Of a stretch of 64,000 bases of DNA, positions 10,224 through 20,254 are shown in pieces. How positions within the stretch are numbered: position 1 is the first letter of the stretch; each line of letters begins with the position of its first letter. Origin of the DNA: Patescibacteria group bacterium (GTDB lineage: Bacteria; Patescibacteriota; Microgenomatia; PFEM01; JAHIFH01). Position numbers and translations under genes: made by a program. The stretch lies in assembly GCA_035529375.1 (NCBI GenBank), contig DATKWU010000009.1, positions 157,848 to 221,847 of the forward strand. Reading direction: 5' to 3'. Under the pieces are notes generated by a model, which saw only the letters and a list, made by a program, of their open reading frames with translations, was not told the origin of the DNA and did not search any database.

Positions 10224-11021
10224 TTAACCTCCCCAGGCAGAGTAATGCCTTAAACCTTTTCGCCAAACTAATCGCGAAAGATAAAACATCATCACTAACC
10301 AGAAAATCATCATCCCCGTCACTCTGATTATTTCGATTGTTGAAACTTGTTCCAACCAAACTTTTAAAGGAAAATAAATTAAATAAGGAAAGGGAGTGGC
10401 GAGAATAAAGCGGGTTAGCCAATAAGGCAAAATGTCAATCGGGAAAAAAGCTCCAGACATAAATTCAACCACCACCAACATAATTAACCAGCGCGGCGCC
10501 CAAGTAGATTCTGTCCAAAAAGCTAAAGAACAAGCAATCAAATTAATAAAGAAAAAAAGAAAGGCTGATAAGAAAATCAAGAGAATAAAAAAGAGGAGAT
10601 TAAGCGGATTTTGAGGGAACCAAAAAGGCGGTTTAAAAAGATAAAGAACCAGACCAATCTCAACTAAAACAAAAGAAAGATTCAAAAGTTTGTCAGCCAG
10701 ATCGCGAGTAAAGTAAAAGCTTCTAAGAGACAAAGGTTTGACCAGAAAACTATTAATCTTGCCACTATAAATATCGGCTTCAAGATCAGTACTTCGATTA
10801 GACATTACCAATCCCCTTAAAAAGGCAATCCCAATCACGTAAGTCAACATTTGGGCTTTTTGGTAGCCAAAAATTTCACCCCGGCCTTGATAAATAGCGG
10901 CCCAGAAGAAAAAAAGAGTCAAAAAAAGAACAAAACTGCGAAACCGCCAAAGAACAAAGTTTAAACGGTAAACAAAATATTCTTCAAGCGTATTTTTAAT
11001 TAACTGAAAATACTTAGCCAT
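10224..11021 (-). CDS. ABC-2 family transporter permease
   Basis: I.SG.I..FLVKP, SGAFFP, LPF-like motif, Y.A.GG end. Confidence 0.85.
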   Translation of the reverse strand: MAKYFQLIKNTLEEYFVYRLNFVLWRFRSFVLFLTLFFFWAAIYQGRGEIFGYQKAQMLTYVIGIAFLRGLVMSNRSTDLEADIYSGKINSFLVKPLSLRSFYFTRDLADKLLNLSFVLVEIGLVLYLFKPPFWFPQNPLNLLFFILLIFLSAFLFFFINLIACSLAFWTESTWAPRWLIMLVVVEFMSGAFFPIDILPYWLTRFILATPFPYLIYFPLKVWLEQVSTIEIIRVTGMMIFWLVMMFYLSRLVWRKGLRHYSAWGG

Positions 11022-11997
11022 ACTTCTTACCGGTGAATAATTCTCGAATAATATCTTCAATCGCCGGTTCTTCGATATTCAGATCAGCTACCGGTAATTT
11101 ATCCAAAGCTCTGGCCGCAATCATCGAAACCTCATTCCTCTTAGCAGTAAGAATTAACTCTGGATAATTAAATTCCTTCACCTTCCCTATCGCTTCTAAT
11201 TTTTTAGGATCCACCTCTTTAGCTAAAATAATTGAGATTTGTTTATGGTCAGCATATTTTTTAGTAATTTCCCTAAGCTGACCGTCAAAAACAATTTTGC
11301 CCTTATCAATAATAATGACTCGCTGGCAAAGTTCTTTAACATCACTCATGTAATGAGAGGTGAGGATAATGGTTGATTTGGAGCTCCGGTTGTATTCTTT
11401 AATAAAGTCACGCATCCTTTTTTGCATGACCACATCAAGACCAATCGTTGGCTCGTCAAGAAAAAGTACCTTGGGTGAATGAAGTAAAGCCGCCACTAAT
11501 TCACATTTCATTCTCTGACCTAAGGAAAGTTTTCTCACTTGGACCCTAAGGAGATCTTTAACCTCAAGTAACCGAGTCAGTTCGTCTAAAGTTTTTTCAA
11601 ACTGCTCATCAGAAATTCCATAAATCTCCTTATTCAATAAAAAAGTTTCCATGGCTGGCAAATCCCACCAAAGCTGATTTTTTTGTCCCATGACTAAAGC
11701 AATTTGTTTGAGAAATTCTGGTTTTCTCTCCCAAGGATCAAAACCCAAAACCGAAATCTTACCCGAACTAGGATAAAGTAATCCCGAAAGACACTTTAAA
11801 GTTGTTGTTTTGCCTGCCCCATTAGGACCAATAAAACCAATTAACTCACCCTCATCAATAGAAAAGGAAATATTATTAACCGCCTTAACATCAACGTATT
11901 TTCTCTTAAAAAGAGATTTAACTGAACCGGTTAATCCCGGTTCTTTCTGATGAACTCGATAGAATTTTTTTAGACGAGAAACTTGAATTGCTGCCAC
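11014..11997 (-). CDS. ABC transporter ATP-binding protein
   Basis: GPNGAGKTT, LSLGQ, FLDEPT. Confidence 0.95.
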   Translation of the reverse strand: MAAIQVSRLKKFYRVHQKEPGLTGSVKSLFKRKYVDVKAVNNISFSIDEGELIGFIGPNGAGKTTTLKCLSGLLYPSSGKISVLGFDPWERKPEFLKQIALVMGQKNQLWWDLPAMETFLLNKEIYGISDEQFEKTLDELTRLLEVKDLLRVQVRKLSLGQRMKCELVAALLHSPKVLFLDEPTIGLDVVMQKRMRDFIKEYNRSSKSTIILTSHYMSDVKELCQRVIIIDKGKIVFDGQLREITKKYADHKQISIILAKEVDPKKLEAIGKVKEFNYPELILTAKRNEVSMIAARALDKLPVADLNIEEPAIEDIIRELFTGKKYG

Positions 11998-12033
11998 TGC
12001 AGTTTAAAGTTTAACATATCTGAAGGAGAAAAA

Positions 12034-12306
12034 TTACCTGACCGCCTTCTTTAATGGTTTTCCTGGAGAAAATCTAGGAGCCCGATGACTTTTAACCATT
12101 TTCTTTTCACCGCTTCCAGGAACAATAACTGACTTTTCTTTAACCTTAGCAACTCGAAAAGTACCAAAACCAGAAAGAACGACTTTATCACCCTTTTTTA
12201 AAGCATTAGCAATTTCAGTTAAAAAAGTGTCAATTGCCTCTCGAGAAGCCCTTTTAGTCAAATGGGCCTTAGTCGCTACTAAAGTCACAATTTGTTTTTT
12301 AGTCAT
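12034..12306 (-). CDS. hup: DNA-binding protein HU
   Basis: V.LSGFGTF, P.F.PGK.LK. Confidence 0.92.
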   Translation of the reverse strand: MTKKQIVTLVATKAHLTKRASREAIDTFLTEIANALKKGDKVVLSGFGTFRVAKVKEKSVIVPGSGEKKMVKSHRAPRFSPGKPLKKAVR

Positions 12307-12358
12307 AAATTCACCTCCTTTTTACCACTCTTAAATGGTGAGCAGGAGATTCCTCTAA

Positions 12359-12387
12359 AGGATAGCTTAAAATAAGAAGATTGTCAA
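12359..12387 (-). promoter_or_regulatory. sigma70 promoter of hup
   Basis: TTGACA-17 nt-TATCCT. Confidence 0.65.
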
Positions 12388-12421
12388 GCTAATTCGGCCT
12401 TTTTGTTTATTGATTAGTTAA

Positions 12422-13810
12422 TTATTTTGCTTTAGTCGTCTCACTGGCGGAAGTCTCGCGGATACAAGTCACCTTAATCTGGCCAGCATAGGTAACTTTT
12501 TCTTCTAATTTTTGGGCAATCTTATTAGCTAAAACTACCAGTTCGTCATCACTAACTTCTTCCGGTTTAACCATCACCCGAACATCCCGGCCGGCCTGAT
12601 AAGCAAAAGCTTCCTCAACTCCCTCGAACTTGTTAGCGATTTCTTCAATTCCCTCCATCCGCTTCACATATTCTTCATGAGCGGCGTATCTAGCACCTGG
12701 TCGGGAACCGGAAATAGCGTCAGCAACCCAAATAATCCGCGATTCAGCTGACGAAAAAGGTTTATCTTCATGATGTTCAGCAATACAAGCAATCACTTCT
12801 TTGGGAATACTGTATTTCTTGGCCAAATCAACTCCTAACTGGACATGGGTACCTTCTTCTTCAGTAACCACTTTGCCAATATCGTGGAGGAGACAACCCA
12901 AACGGATGATATTAACATCGGCCCCAACTTCATGAGCAATTTGAAGACCAATTTTGGTTTCTTCAAGAGTATGAGCAATCATGTTTTGACCATAAGAAAA
13001 TCTGAATTTGAAACGGCCTAGAAGTTTAATTAGATCAGGATGAAGTCGATAAACATCAACCGCATGACAAAGCCTTTTACCTTCCTCGAACATAATCTTC
13101 TCAACCTCTTTCTTAGTTTGACTAACAACTTCTTTAATTCTGGCTGGTTGAATTCTCTGATCTCTAACTAATTTTTGCAAAGCTCTTTTGGCAATTTCCC
13201 GGCGAATTGAATCAAAAGAAGAAATAATAATGTCATTAGCATCACCTAATTCAATCTCCACTCCCGTAGCCTGTTCAAAAGCACGAATGTTTCTACCTTC
13301 ACGACCAATCACCCTGCCTTTCAATTCTTCACTCGGTAGTTGAACCGAAGAAACCGTGTATTCGGCCACATAATCAGTTGCTCCATGCTGCATGGCTTCA
13401 ACCAATAACTCTTTGGCTTTCTCTTCAACTGTCTCTTCAACTTCTTCTTCCGCTTCTTTGACTTTGCGAGCCATACTTTCAGCTAGACGTTTCTCAGTTG
13501 CTTCCAATAAAAGATTTTTTGCTTCCTCACGAGTTAATTCGGCAATCTTTTCTAATTTAGCAATTTCTTTTTTTCTTATTTCTTCAACTTCAGTTAATTT
13601 CTTATCCAAATCTTTTTGGCGCTTATCAAGCTGGTTTTCTTTTTCCTCTAAAGCCCCTTCTCTTCTTTCAATTTCTGCAATTTTAGTTGCCAGCTCTTTA
13701 GCGATTTTTTTACTGTTCACTTTTTTTATCGATTTTACTTTTTCCCCACTTTTTTGAGTTGCCTTTTCTTCATCTAAAGCTTTTGTTAATAAATTATCTA
13801 ATAATCCCAT
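12422..13810 (-). CDS. rny: ribonuclease Y
   Basis: Coiled coil, KH (KGRVIGREGRNIR), HD (LLHDIGK), AYQAGRDVRV. Confidence 0.95.
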   Translation of the reverse strand: MGLLDNLLTKALDEEKATQKSGEKVKSIKKVNSKKIAKELATKIAEIERREGALEEKENQLDKRQKDLDKKLTEVEEIRKKEIAKLEKIAELTREEAKNLLLEATEKRLAESMARKVKEAEEEVEETVEEKAKELLVEAMQHGATDYVAEYTVSSVQLPSEELKGRVIGREGRNIRAFEQATGVEIELGDANDIIISSFDSIRREIAKRALQKLVRDQRIQPARIKEVVSQTKKEVEKIMFEEGKRLCHAVDVYRLHPDLIKLLGRFKFRFSYGQNMIAHTLEETKIGLQIAHEVGADVNIIRLGCLLHDIGKVVTEEEGTHVQLGVDLAKKYSIPKEVIACIAEHHEDKPFSSAESRIIWVADAISGSRPGARYAAHEEYVKRMEGIEEIANKFEGVEEAFAYQAGRDVRVMVKPEEVSDDELVVLANKIAQKLEEKVTYAGQIKVTCIRETSASETTKAK

Positions 13811-13821
13811 AAAACCTCCAT

Positions 13822-13960
13822 ATTAATAATCATTGGCGATTTGGCTTTTGGCAACGGAAAATGGCCGTTAGAAGATAACGGTTTATATCAAATTTAGATA
13901 TAATCTACATTTTTTAGAAGCCATGATTCGTAATACCAACTTCGCCAAAAAAACTAATAA
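13822..13960 (-). ncRNA. candidate structured RNA upstream of rny
   Basis: Nested inverted repeats forming a multi-stem junction (see findings). Confidence 0.4.
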
Positions 13961-13984
13961 TAACTGAATTTCAACAACTTTATT

Positions 13985-14602
13985 TTACCAGTTTTCTAAG
14001 TATTTCGCAATAACTGTTCTAATTACTTCCCAAGAAAAACCGCGCCGAGCCAAAAAAGCCGACATTTTTCGATAAAATTCATTTTTGGACAGGTTTTTAT
14101 AAGTCTTTAATTTCTTTTGGGCTAATTCTTCAGCCAAACGCAATTCACTGACACTCTCAACCGTTTCTTTAATAACAGCCTTATCAATTCCTTTTTGACG
14201 CAATTCCATGGTTAGACCATACTTGCCTCGGGGCCGAAAACTCGTTCTTTGATCAACCCACCAACGGGCAAATTCCCGATCATCTATTTGTTTTAATTCT
14301 TTTAATTTAGCAATTACTTTTTCGGCTACTTTTGAAGATGATTTCTTTTTCTTAAAATAATTGCTGATTTCTTTTTCAGATCGAGGTCGCCTGGAGATTA
14401 AACGAAAAGCCCTATCCAGTAATTTTTGAAATTCATTCTTAAAAATTAAATCATCTATTTGTTTTTGATTTAATTTTTGGCCAATTTTTAAACGGGCTTT
14501 TAAAAAATTATCAGCATCTAAACCAAAAAAGAATTTGCCATCAAGATAAAGATTGACACGCTTTTTGTTTTTTTGGGCTTTGATTTTGGTTACTTGGGGC
14601 AC
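13985..14602 (-). CDS. recX: regulatory protein RecX
   Basis: RPRSEKE, DD..FA, ELRQKGI, LARRGF; follows recA. Confidence 0.92.
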   Translation of the reverse strand: MPQVTKIKAQKNKKRVNLYLDGKFFFGLDADNFLKARLKIGQKLNQKQIDDLIFKNEFQKLLDRAFRLISRRPRSEKEISNYFKKKKSSSKVAEKVIAKLKELKQIDDREFARWWVDQRTSFRPRGKYGLTMELRQKGIDKAVIKETVESVSELRLAEELAQKKLKTYKNLSKNEFYRKMSAFLARRGFSWEVIRTVIAKYLENW

Positions 14603-14614
14603 TGAATTAGGAAG

Positions 14615-15697
14615 CTACTCTTTCTTTTTTTCGCCAATTTCTCTAGACAAATCTAACTTACCAGCTTTAACTTTTTCCCAAATTTCTTTCTCAATTTTTT
14701 TCGTTATTTGAGGGTGTTCTTCTAGATAAGCCTTAGCTGCCTCTCTACCTTGACCGAGCATGATTTTGTCAAACTTAAAAAAAGCACCCGACTTTTCAAT
14801 AATCTCTAGTTCAACCGCAACATCAACCAAATTACCTGACTGAGAGATACCGCCAACATTCATAATATCAAATTCGGCCACTCGAAAAGGCGGCGCTACT
14901 TTGTTCTTAACCACCCTAGCTCGATGACGCGAACCAATTACAATCTCACCATCCTTAATGGCCCCAATTTTCCGTAAATCAATTCTGACAGAGGAATAAA
15001 ACTTTAAAGCTAAACCGCCAGGGGTGGTTTCCGGATTACCAAACATCACTCCAATTTTATGACGCAGTTGGTTAGTAAAGATAACAATTGTTTTTGACTT
15101 GGAAATGGCCGCAGTTAACTTTCTTAAAGCTTGAGACATTAATCTGGCCTGAACACCAATCATTGCCGCGCCCATCTCGCCTTCAATCTCGGCCCGGGGC
15201 GTCAAAGCAGCCACTGAATCAATAGCAACAACATCAATTGCTCCAGAGCGAACCAATGTCTCAACAATTTCCAAAGCTTGCTCGCCAGTATCAGGCTGAG
15301 AGATTAATAATTCATTTAAGTTAACCCCAATGGATTCGGCTCTAGCTGGATCCATGGCGTGTTCCGCATCAACAAAAGCGGCTGAACCACCTCTTTTTTG
15401 GGCTTCAGCAATAACATGCAAAGCCAAAGTGGTCTTACCTGAAGCTTCAGGTCCGTAAATCTCGACTACCCGACCTCTTGGCAAACCACCGACACCAAGA
15501 GCGACATCTAAAGCAATTGAGCCAGTGGGAATAACATTAACTTTTTTCACTTCACCCTTGCTACCCATTCTCATAATCGCCCCTTTACCATATTGTTTTT
15601 CGATCTGTTCCATGGCCATTCTAACAGCTAGAGCTTTTTTACTAGAGGTGTCTTTTTTAACAACAGGGTTTTTAGGAGCTTTTTTCTTTCTTGCCAT
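14615..15697 (-). CDS. recA: recombinase A
   Basis: [26 protein letters not shown]. Confidence 0.99.
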   Translation of the reverse strand: MARKKKAPKNPVVKKDTSSKKALAVRMAMEQIEKQYGKGAIMRMGSKGEVKKVNVIPTGSIALDVALGVGGLPRGRVVEIYGPEASGKTTLALHVIAEAQKRGGSAAFVDAEHAMDPARAESIGVNLNELLISQPDTGEQALEIVETLVRSGAIDVVAIDSVAALTPRAEIEGEMGAAMIGVQARLMSQALRKLTAAISKSKTIVIFTNQLRHKIGVMFGNPETTPGGLALKFYSSVRIDLRKIGAIKDGEIVIGSRHRARVVKNKVAPPFRVAEFDIMNVGGISQSGNLVDVAVELEIIEKSGAFFKFDKIMLGQGREAAKAYLEEHPQITKKIEKEIWEKVKAGKLDLSREIGEKKKE

Positions 15698-15741
15698 CTT
15701 TTTAGATTTTTACACAAAATGTGATAAAATTCAAGATGTAA

Positions 15742-15815
15742 CGGGGTGTGGCGCAGTTGGCTAGCGCGCACGCATGGGGTGCGTGAGGTCGCCGGTTCGA
15801 GCCCGGCCACCCCGA
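15742..15815 (+). tRNA. tRNA-Pro (GGG), CCA not encoded
   Basis: Cloverleaf: CGGGGTG/CACCCCG acceptor, CACGC-ATGGGGT-GCGTG anticodon arm, GCCGG-TTCGAGC-CCGGC T arm. Confidence 0.97.
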
Positions 15816-15820
15816 CAAAT

Positions 15821-16405
15821 ATGGAAGAAGAAAAATCAGAGGTCACTCCTTTTTGGTTAGGAACCACTTGTTCTGATCGTTCTTTTGAAGAATATAGAGA
15901 TCTACTTGGTTTTTCTGAAAACGAATTTAAAGGAAAATCAATTCTCGATATTGGTGCTGGAACAACCCAAGAATTTACCAAGCAAGCTGCAAAGAAAGGT
16001 ATCAAAGTCACTACCATCAATCCCGAATTAAATAATAAATTTTACCGAATGGCCCCAGATCAAAGAAGTTGGTGGCAATTAAGAAAACCAAAAAGACCTC
16101 TATCTGTCGCAGCTTTAGGACAAAATTTACCCTTTAAAGACGAATCTTTTGACGATATCACTTCTCTAATTGCTGTCCCACATTATTTACCAAATGATAG
16201 TCAACTAATCCGTCAGTCTTTCCGAGAAATGTTAAGAGTTTTGAAACCAGGCGAAAAAGCTTATTTATGCTTTAAAAAAAGAGATTTAATTGATCAAGAA
16301 CTATCGAAACTAGAGACGGAAGGTATTTCTGTTCTATCTGAAGACATGCCAGGGTATTCCCAGAGACAAAGAACTATTTTAGAAAAGCCTCTCCAAAAAA
16401 TCTAA
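15821..16405 (+). CDS. class I SAM-dependent methyltransferase
   Basis: ILDIGAG, LPFKDESFD, EMLRVLKPG; start placed after the tRNA. Confidence 0.85.
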   Translation: MEEEKSEVTPFWLGTTCSDRSFEEYRDLLGFSENEFKGKSILDIGAGTTQEFTKQAAKKGIKVTTINPELNNKFYRMAPDQRSWWQLRKPKRPLSVAALGQNLPFKDESFDDITSLIAVPHYLPNDSQLIRQSFREMLRVLKPGEKAYLCFKKRDLIDQELSKLETEGISVLSEDMPGYSQRQRTILEKPLQKI

Positions 16406-17532
16406 TGCTGTTTCCTATCTCTAAAAGCAATCTTACTGGCTAAAATCGTTGTAATGGGAACGGCCAAAATAAGACCGACACTTCCTACTAAAGTCCTAAC
16501 AATTTCTTCAGCGATCATCTGGTAATTAATAATCTCTGAAAACGGTCGGGGATTATCAATGAAAAGAAGCATTAAAGGCAAAGCGGCGCCAGTGTAAACT
16601 AAAACTAAAGTGTTAATCATTGAGGCAATATGGTCTTGACCAACATCCATGGCTCTTAAAAACAATTCTTTTGTTTTCATTTTCGGATTAGCCTTTTTTA
16701 ATTGCTGAATAATCGCCGCTTGAGAAATAGTAATGTCATCCAAAATTCCTAAAGTACCAATAATAATGCCAGCTAATAAAATCCCTTTTATATTAATTTG
16801 TCCTCGTCTGGCTAAATGAAGAAAGGCTGCTTCTTCTGAAGCATAACCAGTCAATTTGGTTAATTCAATAAAAAACTTTGATAAAAGGCCAACAATTAAC
16901 AAAGCTATTAATGTTCCAGCCATGGCCACTAAGGTTTTTCGGTTTAAACCATGAGAAAGAAGAAAAGTTGCCGGAATAATAATTAATGAACCAACAATGG
17001 CAATAATAATCGGATCTTCGCCTTTATAAATCTGAGGTAAAATAAACAAGAAAATAACGGCAAAAGAGATAACTAGGCCTAATAAAGACATACCACCCCG
17101 CCATTGACCCACTATCAAAGCCAAAACAACAAAGATCAAAAAAAGCCAAACTAATGGTTTTCGCCGAATAAAATCAGTGATAATAAAAATGTTCTTGCCT
17201 TCAAAATCCTTAGAATAACTAATCATCACCTCATCACCCACTTGATATTTCGGCTGACCAACTATTGGAATATCGCCTACCTCGATCTTAATTTTTTCTC
17301 CAGCTAAAGAACCCTTGGATATCCTAACTTCTAATTCTTGATAAAGTAGTTTCTCACCATCTCTAATCATGGATTTTTCATCAAGAAGACTAATTACCTT
17401 TCCTTCAAGGAGTTCTTCTTGAAAAAGACTCGTTTCCATTTCTTGAGTCTCCTGCGACCAAATATAATCAATGGGTAAGCAAAAAAAGATTAAAATAAAA
17501 AAAAAGAAAGCTAATAGTTTTTTTATAACCAT
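16402..17532 (-). CDS. YibE/F family membrane protein
   Basis: G.LDDITISQ, VG.DHI.SM.NTL.L.Y.G, GS.GL..AVP.TT. Confidence 0.9.
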   Translation of the reverse strand: MVIKKLLAFFFFILIFFCLPIDYIWSQETQEMETSLFQEELLEGKVISLLDEKSMIRDGEKLLYQELEVRISKGSLAGEKIKIEVGDIPIVGQPKYQVGDEVMISYSKDFEGKNIFIITDFIRRKPLVWLFLIFVVLALIVGQWRGGMSLLGLVISFAVIFLFILPQIYKGEDPIIIAIVGSLIIIPATFLLSHGLNRKTLVAMAGTLIALLIVGLLSKFFIELTKLTGYASEEAAFLHLARRGQINIKGILLAGIIIGTLGILDDITISQAAIIQQLKKANPKMKTKELFLRAMDVGQDHIASMINTLVLVYTGAALPLMLLFIDNPRPFSEIINYQMIAEEIVRTLVGSVGLILAVPITTILASKIAFRDRKQH

Positions 17533-18707
17533 CCCAAGAACATCGCTAAACCTAAACCTAAAATAATGAGACCGGCTACTAAATGAAGATATTTGATATT
17601 CTTATCTTTCCAACCAGCTACATTTTCAACCGTGGTAAAGCCAATATAACAAGCGCCAGTAATTAATAACATTGGTAAAACAAAAATCAGATTATAAAGT
17701 AACAACCAAGGAATTACTTGAACTAAATCAAAGGTACATAAAATACCACCGCAAATCACATAAGGACCAATCGTACAAGGAAGCAAAAAAAGAGTAACTA
17801 AAGCCCCAACCACAAAAGCACCTCTAGGGCTAGTAACCTTAAACATTAGACTTTGGACTTTGGGACGCAGAAACATGGGCATCTCAGTTAAAAAACCTCC
17901 GGGTTTATAACGAATAAAATCTCTAAGATTTAAAATTCCTAAAATAATGGCCGCTAATCCTAAAATTCTATAAAGCCATAATTTAATACTCGTTAGAGCT
18001 TGGATTAATTGGAAAAACCTAATAATCACCAAACCATAGAAGAAATACATTACAAAAACGGCCGTGGTGAAAGCTAAGCCAGCTAAGAGGATATTGTAAC
18101 GCTTTTTCGGAGCAAAGGCTAAAATAGCAAAAAGCATCATCACTAAGACTGCCAGAGCGCAAGGATTGATGGCATCAACCGCGGCCAAAGAAATAATCTT
18201 GGGTAAGGTCAATTCTGTTTGAATTGTCTCGCCCGAAGACACAGAGATACTGCCAGCTGACGCTGACAAAATTTCTGGCTTGCCTGGCAAAGTTGAAATA
18301 TCCAAGTCTCCAAAGCTGGTCGAACTACCATCAGTCAAAGGGCAGGCATTACCTTCTAATTGCTCAAGCTTGGTTTCAATATTCTCTAAAATTGGCCTAT
18401 CGCCAATAAGGAAATTATCCTTACCAAAAATAATTAAAGGAATACTTAACCCCGAACCATAAATTTCATTATATTTAGTTAATAAGGGTGCATTATTTCT
18501 TTGTTGATAAATTTCATATTCAATGATAACTAAATTGGGATACTTTTTAGGTAATTCTTTAAGGAGAACTGGATCAACTTGAGCGCAATGAGGACAACCA
18601 ACTCCAGTAAAGTAAATCAGGCAAGTTTTCTCTTCGGCCTGGAGAGACGATGAAAACAAGACTGTCAGTAATAAAATGGAAATAAAAAAAATGGCTAATT
18701 TCTTCAT
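17523..18707 (-). CDS. thioredoxin/glutaredoxin domain fused to a CcdA/DsbD-like TM domain
   Basis: Signal peptide, CPHC, DAINPC, LPCT.GPY. Confidence 0.8.
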   Translation of the reverse strand: MKKLAIFFISILLLTVLFSSSLQAEEKTCLIYFTGVGCPHCAQVDPVLLKELPKKYPNLVIIEYEIYQQRNNAPLLTKYNEIYGSGLSIPLIIFGKDNFLIGDRPILENIETKLEQLEGNACPLTDGSSTSFGDLDISTLPGKPEILSASAGSISVSSGETIQTELTLPKIISLAAVDAINPCALAVLVMMLFAILAFAPKKRYNILLAGLAFTTAVFVMYFFYGLVIIRFFQLIQALTSIKLWLYRILGLAAIILGILNLRDFIRYKPGGFLTEMPMFLRPKVQSLMFKVTSPRGAFVVGALVTLFLLPCTIGPYVICGGILCTFDLVQVIPWLLLYNLIFVLPMLLITGACYIGFTTVENVAGWKDKNIKYLHLVAGLIILGLGLAMFLGWL

Positions 18708-18745
18708 TCAGCTATTCTTTAGGATAAGTAATTTTAGCCTTTTTT

Positions 18746-19045
18746 TCAACCACGAATCATTTTCACTCGACCTCCCTCAATCCTAATCGCTTTACCTTCA
18801 ACCAAACCTTCACTTACTTTTTTTCTGGCGGAAGTGAGGATTCGTTGAAAAGTGGATTGAGAAACTTTCATCTTTCTAGCCGCTTTAATTTGGTCAACAC
18901 CCTGATAATCAGCCGAACGAATGGCTTCTAATTCATCGACACTTAATTTAACCTCCCTTAAATAGCGCAAAGGTACTCCCCGAGGTTTGTAGTAAGTCAC
19001 CCCTGGTCGAAATGATATCCACCGCCATCTTTTTGGTCTAGGCAC
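18746..19045 (-). CDS. DUF134 family HTH protein
   Basis: MPRP..R, KP.G.P, ELEAIR.AD, S.STF.RIL.SAR. Confidence 0.9.
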   Translation of the reverse strand: MPRPKRWRWISFRPGVTYYKPRGVPLRYLREVKLSVDELEAIRSADYQGVDQIKAARKMKVSQSTFQRILTSARKKVSEGLVEGKAIRIEGGRVKMIRG

Positions 19046-19052
19046 GGTTAAA

Positions 19053-19301
19053 TTACTTGCCTTGAATTTCTTTTTCTTCTTTTGCGACGTCTTCTAATTC
19101 TTCTTGAAGCGCTTTTTTGTATTCTTTTAAAGCCTCAACTTCCTCTTCTTTGGATTGAGGCCAGCGCCAACCAAAATAACGGCCCATGCCCCGGCCGGGC
19201 GCAAAACGTCGGCGCCAACCCAAACCTAGTCCACAAGGACCAAAACCACGACCTGTTGAAGGTCCTTGACCTCTTGGTCCTGTTTGATCAAATCCTGGCA
19301 T
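19053..19301 (-). CDS. DUF5320 family protein
   Basis: MP..D.TGP.G.GP.TGRG.G.C followed by a coiled coil. Confidence 0.85.
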   Translation of the reverse strand: MPGFDQTGPRGQGPSTGRGFGPCGLGLGWRRRFAPGRGMGRYFGWRWPQSKEEEVEALKEYKKALQEELEDVAKEEKEIQGK

Positions 19302-19324
19302 AAATATTCACCTCCTCTCTCTTA

Positions 19325-19368
19325 TTATGAATATATACCCATTATAACATGAACAGGAGAGTTGTCAA
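19325..19368 (-). promoter_or_regulatory. promoter with overlapping imperfect palindrome (candidate operator)
   Basis: TTGACA-16-TATAAT; palindrome TTATGAATAT/ATACCCATTA at 19325-19344. Confidence 0.5.
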
Positions 19369-19391
19369 GGATTATTTTTTTTCTAAGAGAA

Positions 19392-19835
19392 TTATCTTTT
19401 CGGAGATTGTTTCTTCGCTCGGGCTGATTGGGCAAGGCCGGCTTTGCGGCGCTCTTTCATTCGGGGGTCACGAGTTAAAAGACCAGCTTTTTTTAAAGGT
19501 AGATGATAAAGTTCAGAGTTTTCTTTGTCCAAAGCTCTGGCTAAGCCATGGACAACCGCTCCCAATTGACCATTTTTACCTGATCCTCTAACCTTAACCG
19601 TCGCGTAATATTTCCCTTCAGTTTTGGTGACCTGAAACGGCTTCATGTAAATAAGTTCATTGACTTCACCCGGAAACCATTCTTCAATTGGCCGATTATT
19701 GACCATCAAATCGCCTTTACCTTTGAAGAGTCTTACCCGGGCCACTGCCTCTTTCCTTCGGCCAAGAGCATAAGTATAGGCTTTTTTCCGACCTCGCTTG
19801 GTTTTTCTAACCTTAACTGTTTTTTTAGTCGTCAT
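19392..19835 (-). CDS. rpsI: 30S ribosomal protein S9
   Basis: GRRK.AVARV, LLTRDPR.KERRK. Confidence 0.98.
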   Translation of the reverse strand: MTTKKTVKVRKTKRGRKKAYTYALGRRKEAVARVRLFKGKGDLMVNNRPIEEWFPGEVNELIYMKPFQVTKTEGKYYATVKVRGSGKNGQLGAVVHGLARALDKENSELYHLPLKKAGLLTRDPRMKERRKAGLAQSARAKKQSPKR

Positions 19836-20254
19836 TATTTTTTAAATTTATCCTGATAAAGATGTTGATCGTCGCTAAACACTTTCAATCTCCTTAATCT
19901 TCGATCTCTTAATTTATTTTTAGGTAGCATGCCATTGACAGCGTAGTGAATTATTTTTCTCGGATCACGCTTCATCAACTCCTCAAAAGTTTTTTCCTTA
20001 AAACCACCAGGATAACCAGAATGATGTTGGTAGAGTTTTTGTTTTCTTTTACGGCCACTGACTTCAACCTCGGCCGCATTAATAACAACAACATAATCAC
20101 CGCAATCTAAATTGGGCGAGTAATAAACTTTGCTCTTACCAATCAATAATTCCGCAATCTGACTTGCTACCCGACCAAGTCTCTTATCCTTAACATCAAT
20201 CAGGTACCAACCTCTTTTAATTTCACTTGCTTTGGTTGTCTTTGTTTTTTTCAT
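19835..20254 (-). CDS. rplM: 50S ribosomal protein L13
   Basis: LGR.AS, GDYVVVINA, HSGYPGG, GMLPKN. Confidence 0.98.
   Translation of the reverse strand: MKKTKTTKASEIKRGWYLIDVKDKRLGRVASQIAELLIGKSKVYYSPNLDCGDYVVVINAAEVEVSGRKRKQKLYQHHSGYPGGFKEKTFEELMKRDPRKIIHYAVNGMLPKNKLRDRRLRRLKVFSDDQHLYQDKFKK

Noticed and set aside
15628-16020. 130-aa minus ORF and the N-terminal 25 aa of ORF 15746
   Set aside because: They overlap tRNA-Pro and are read-through artefacts.
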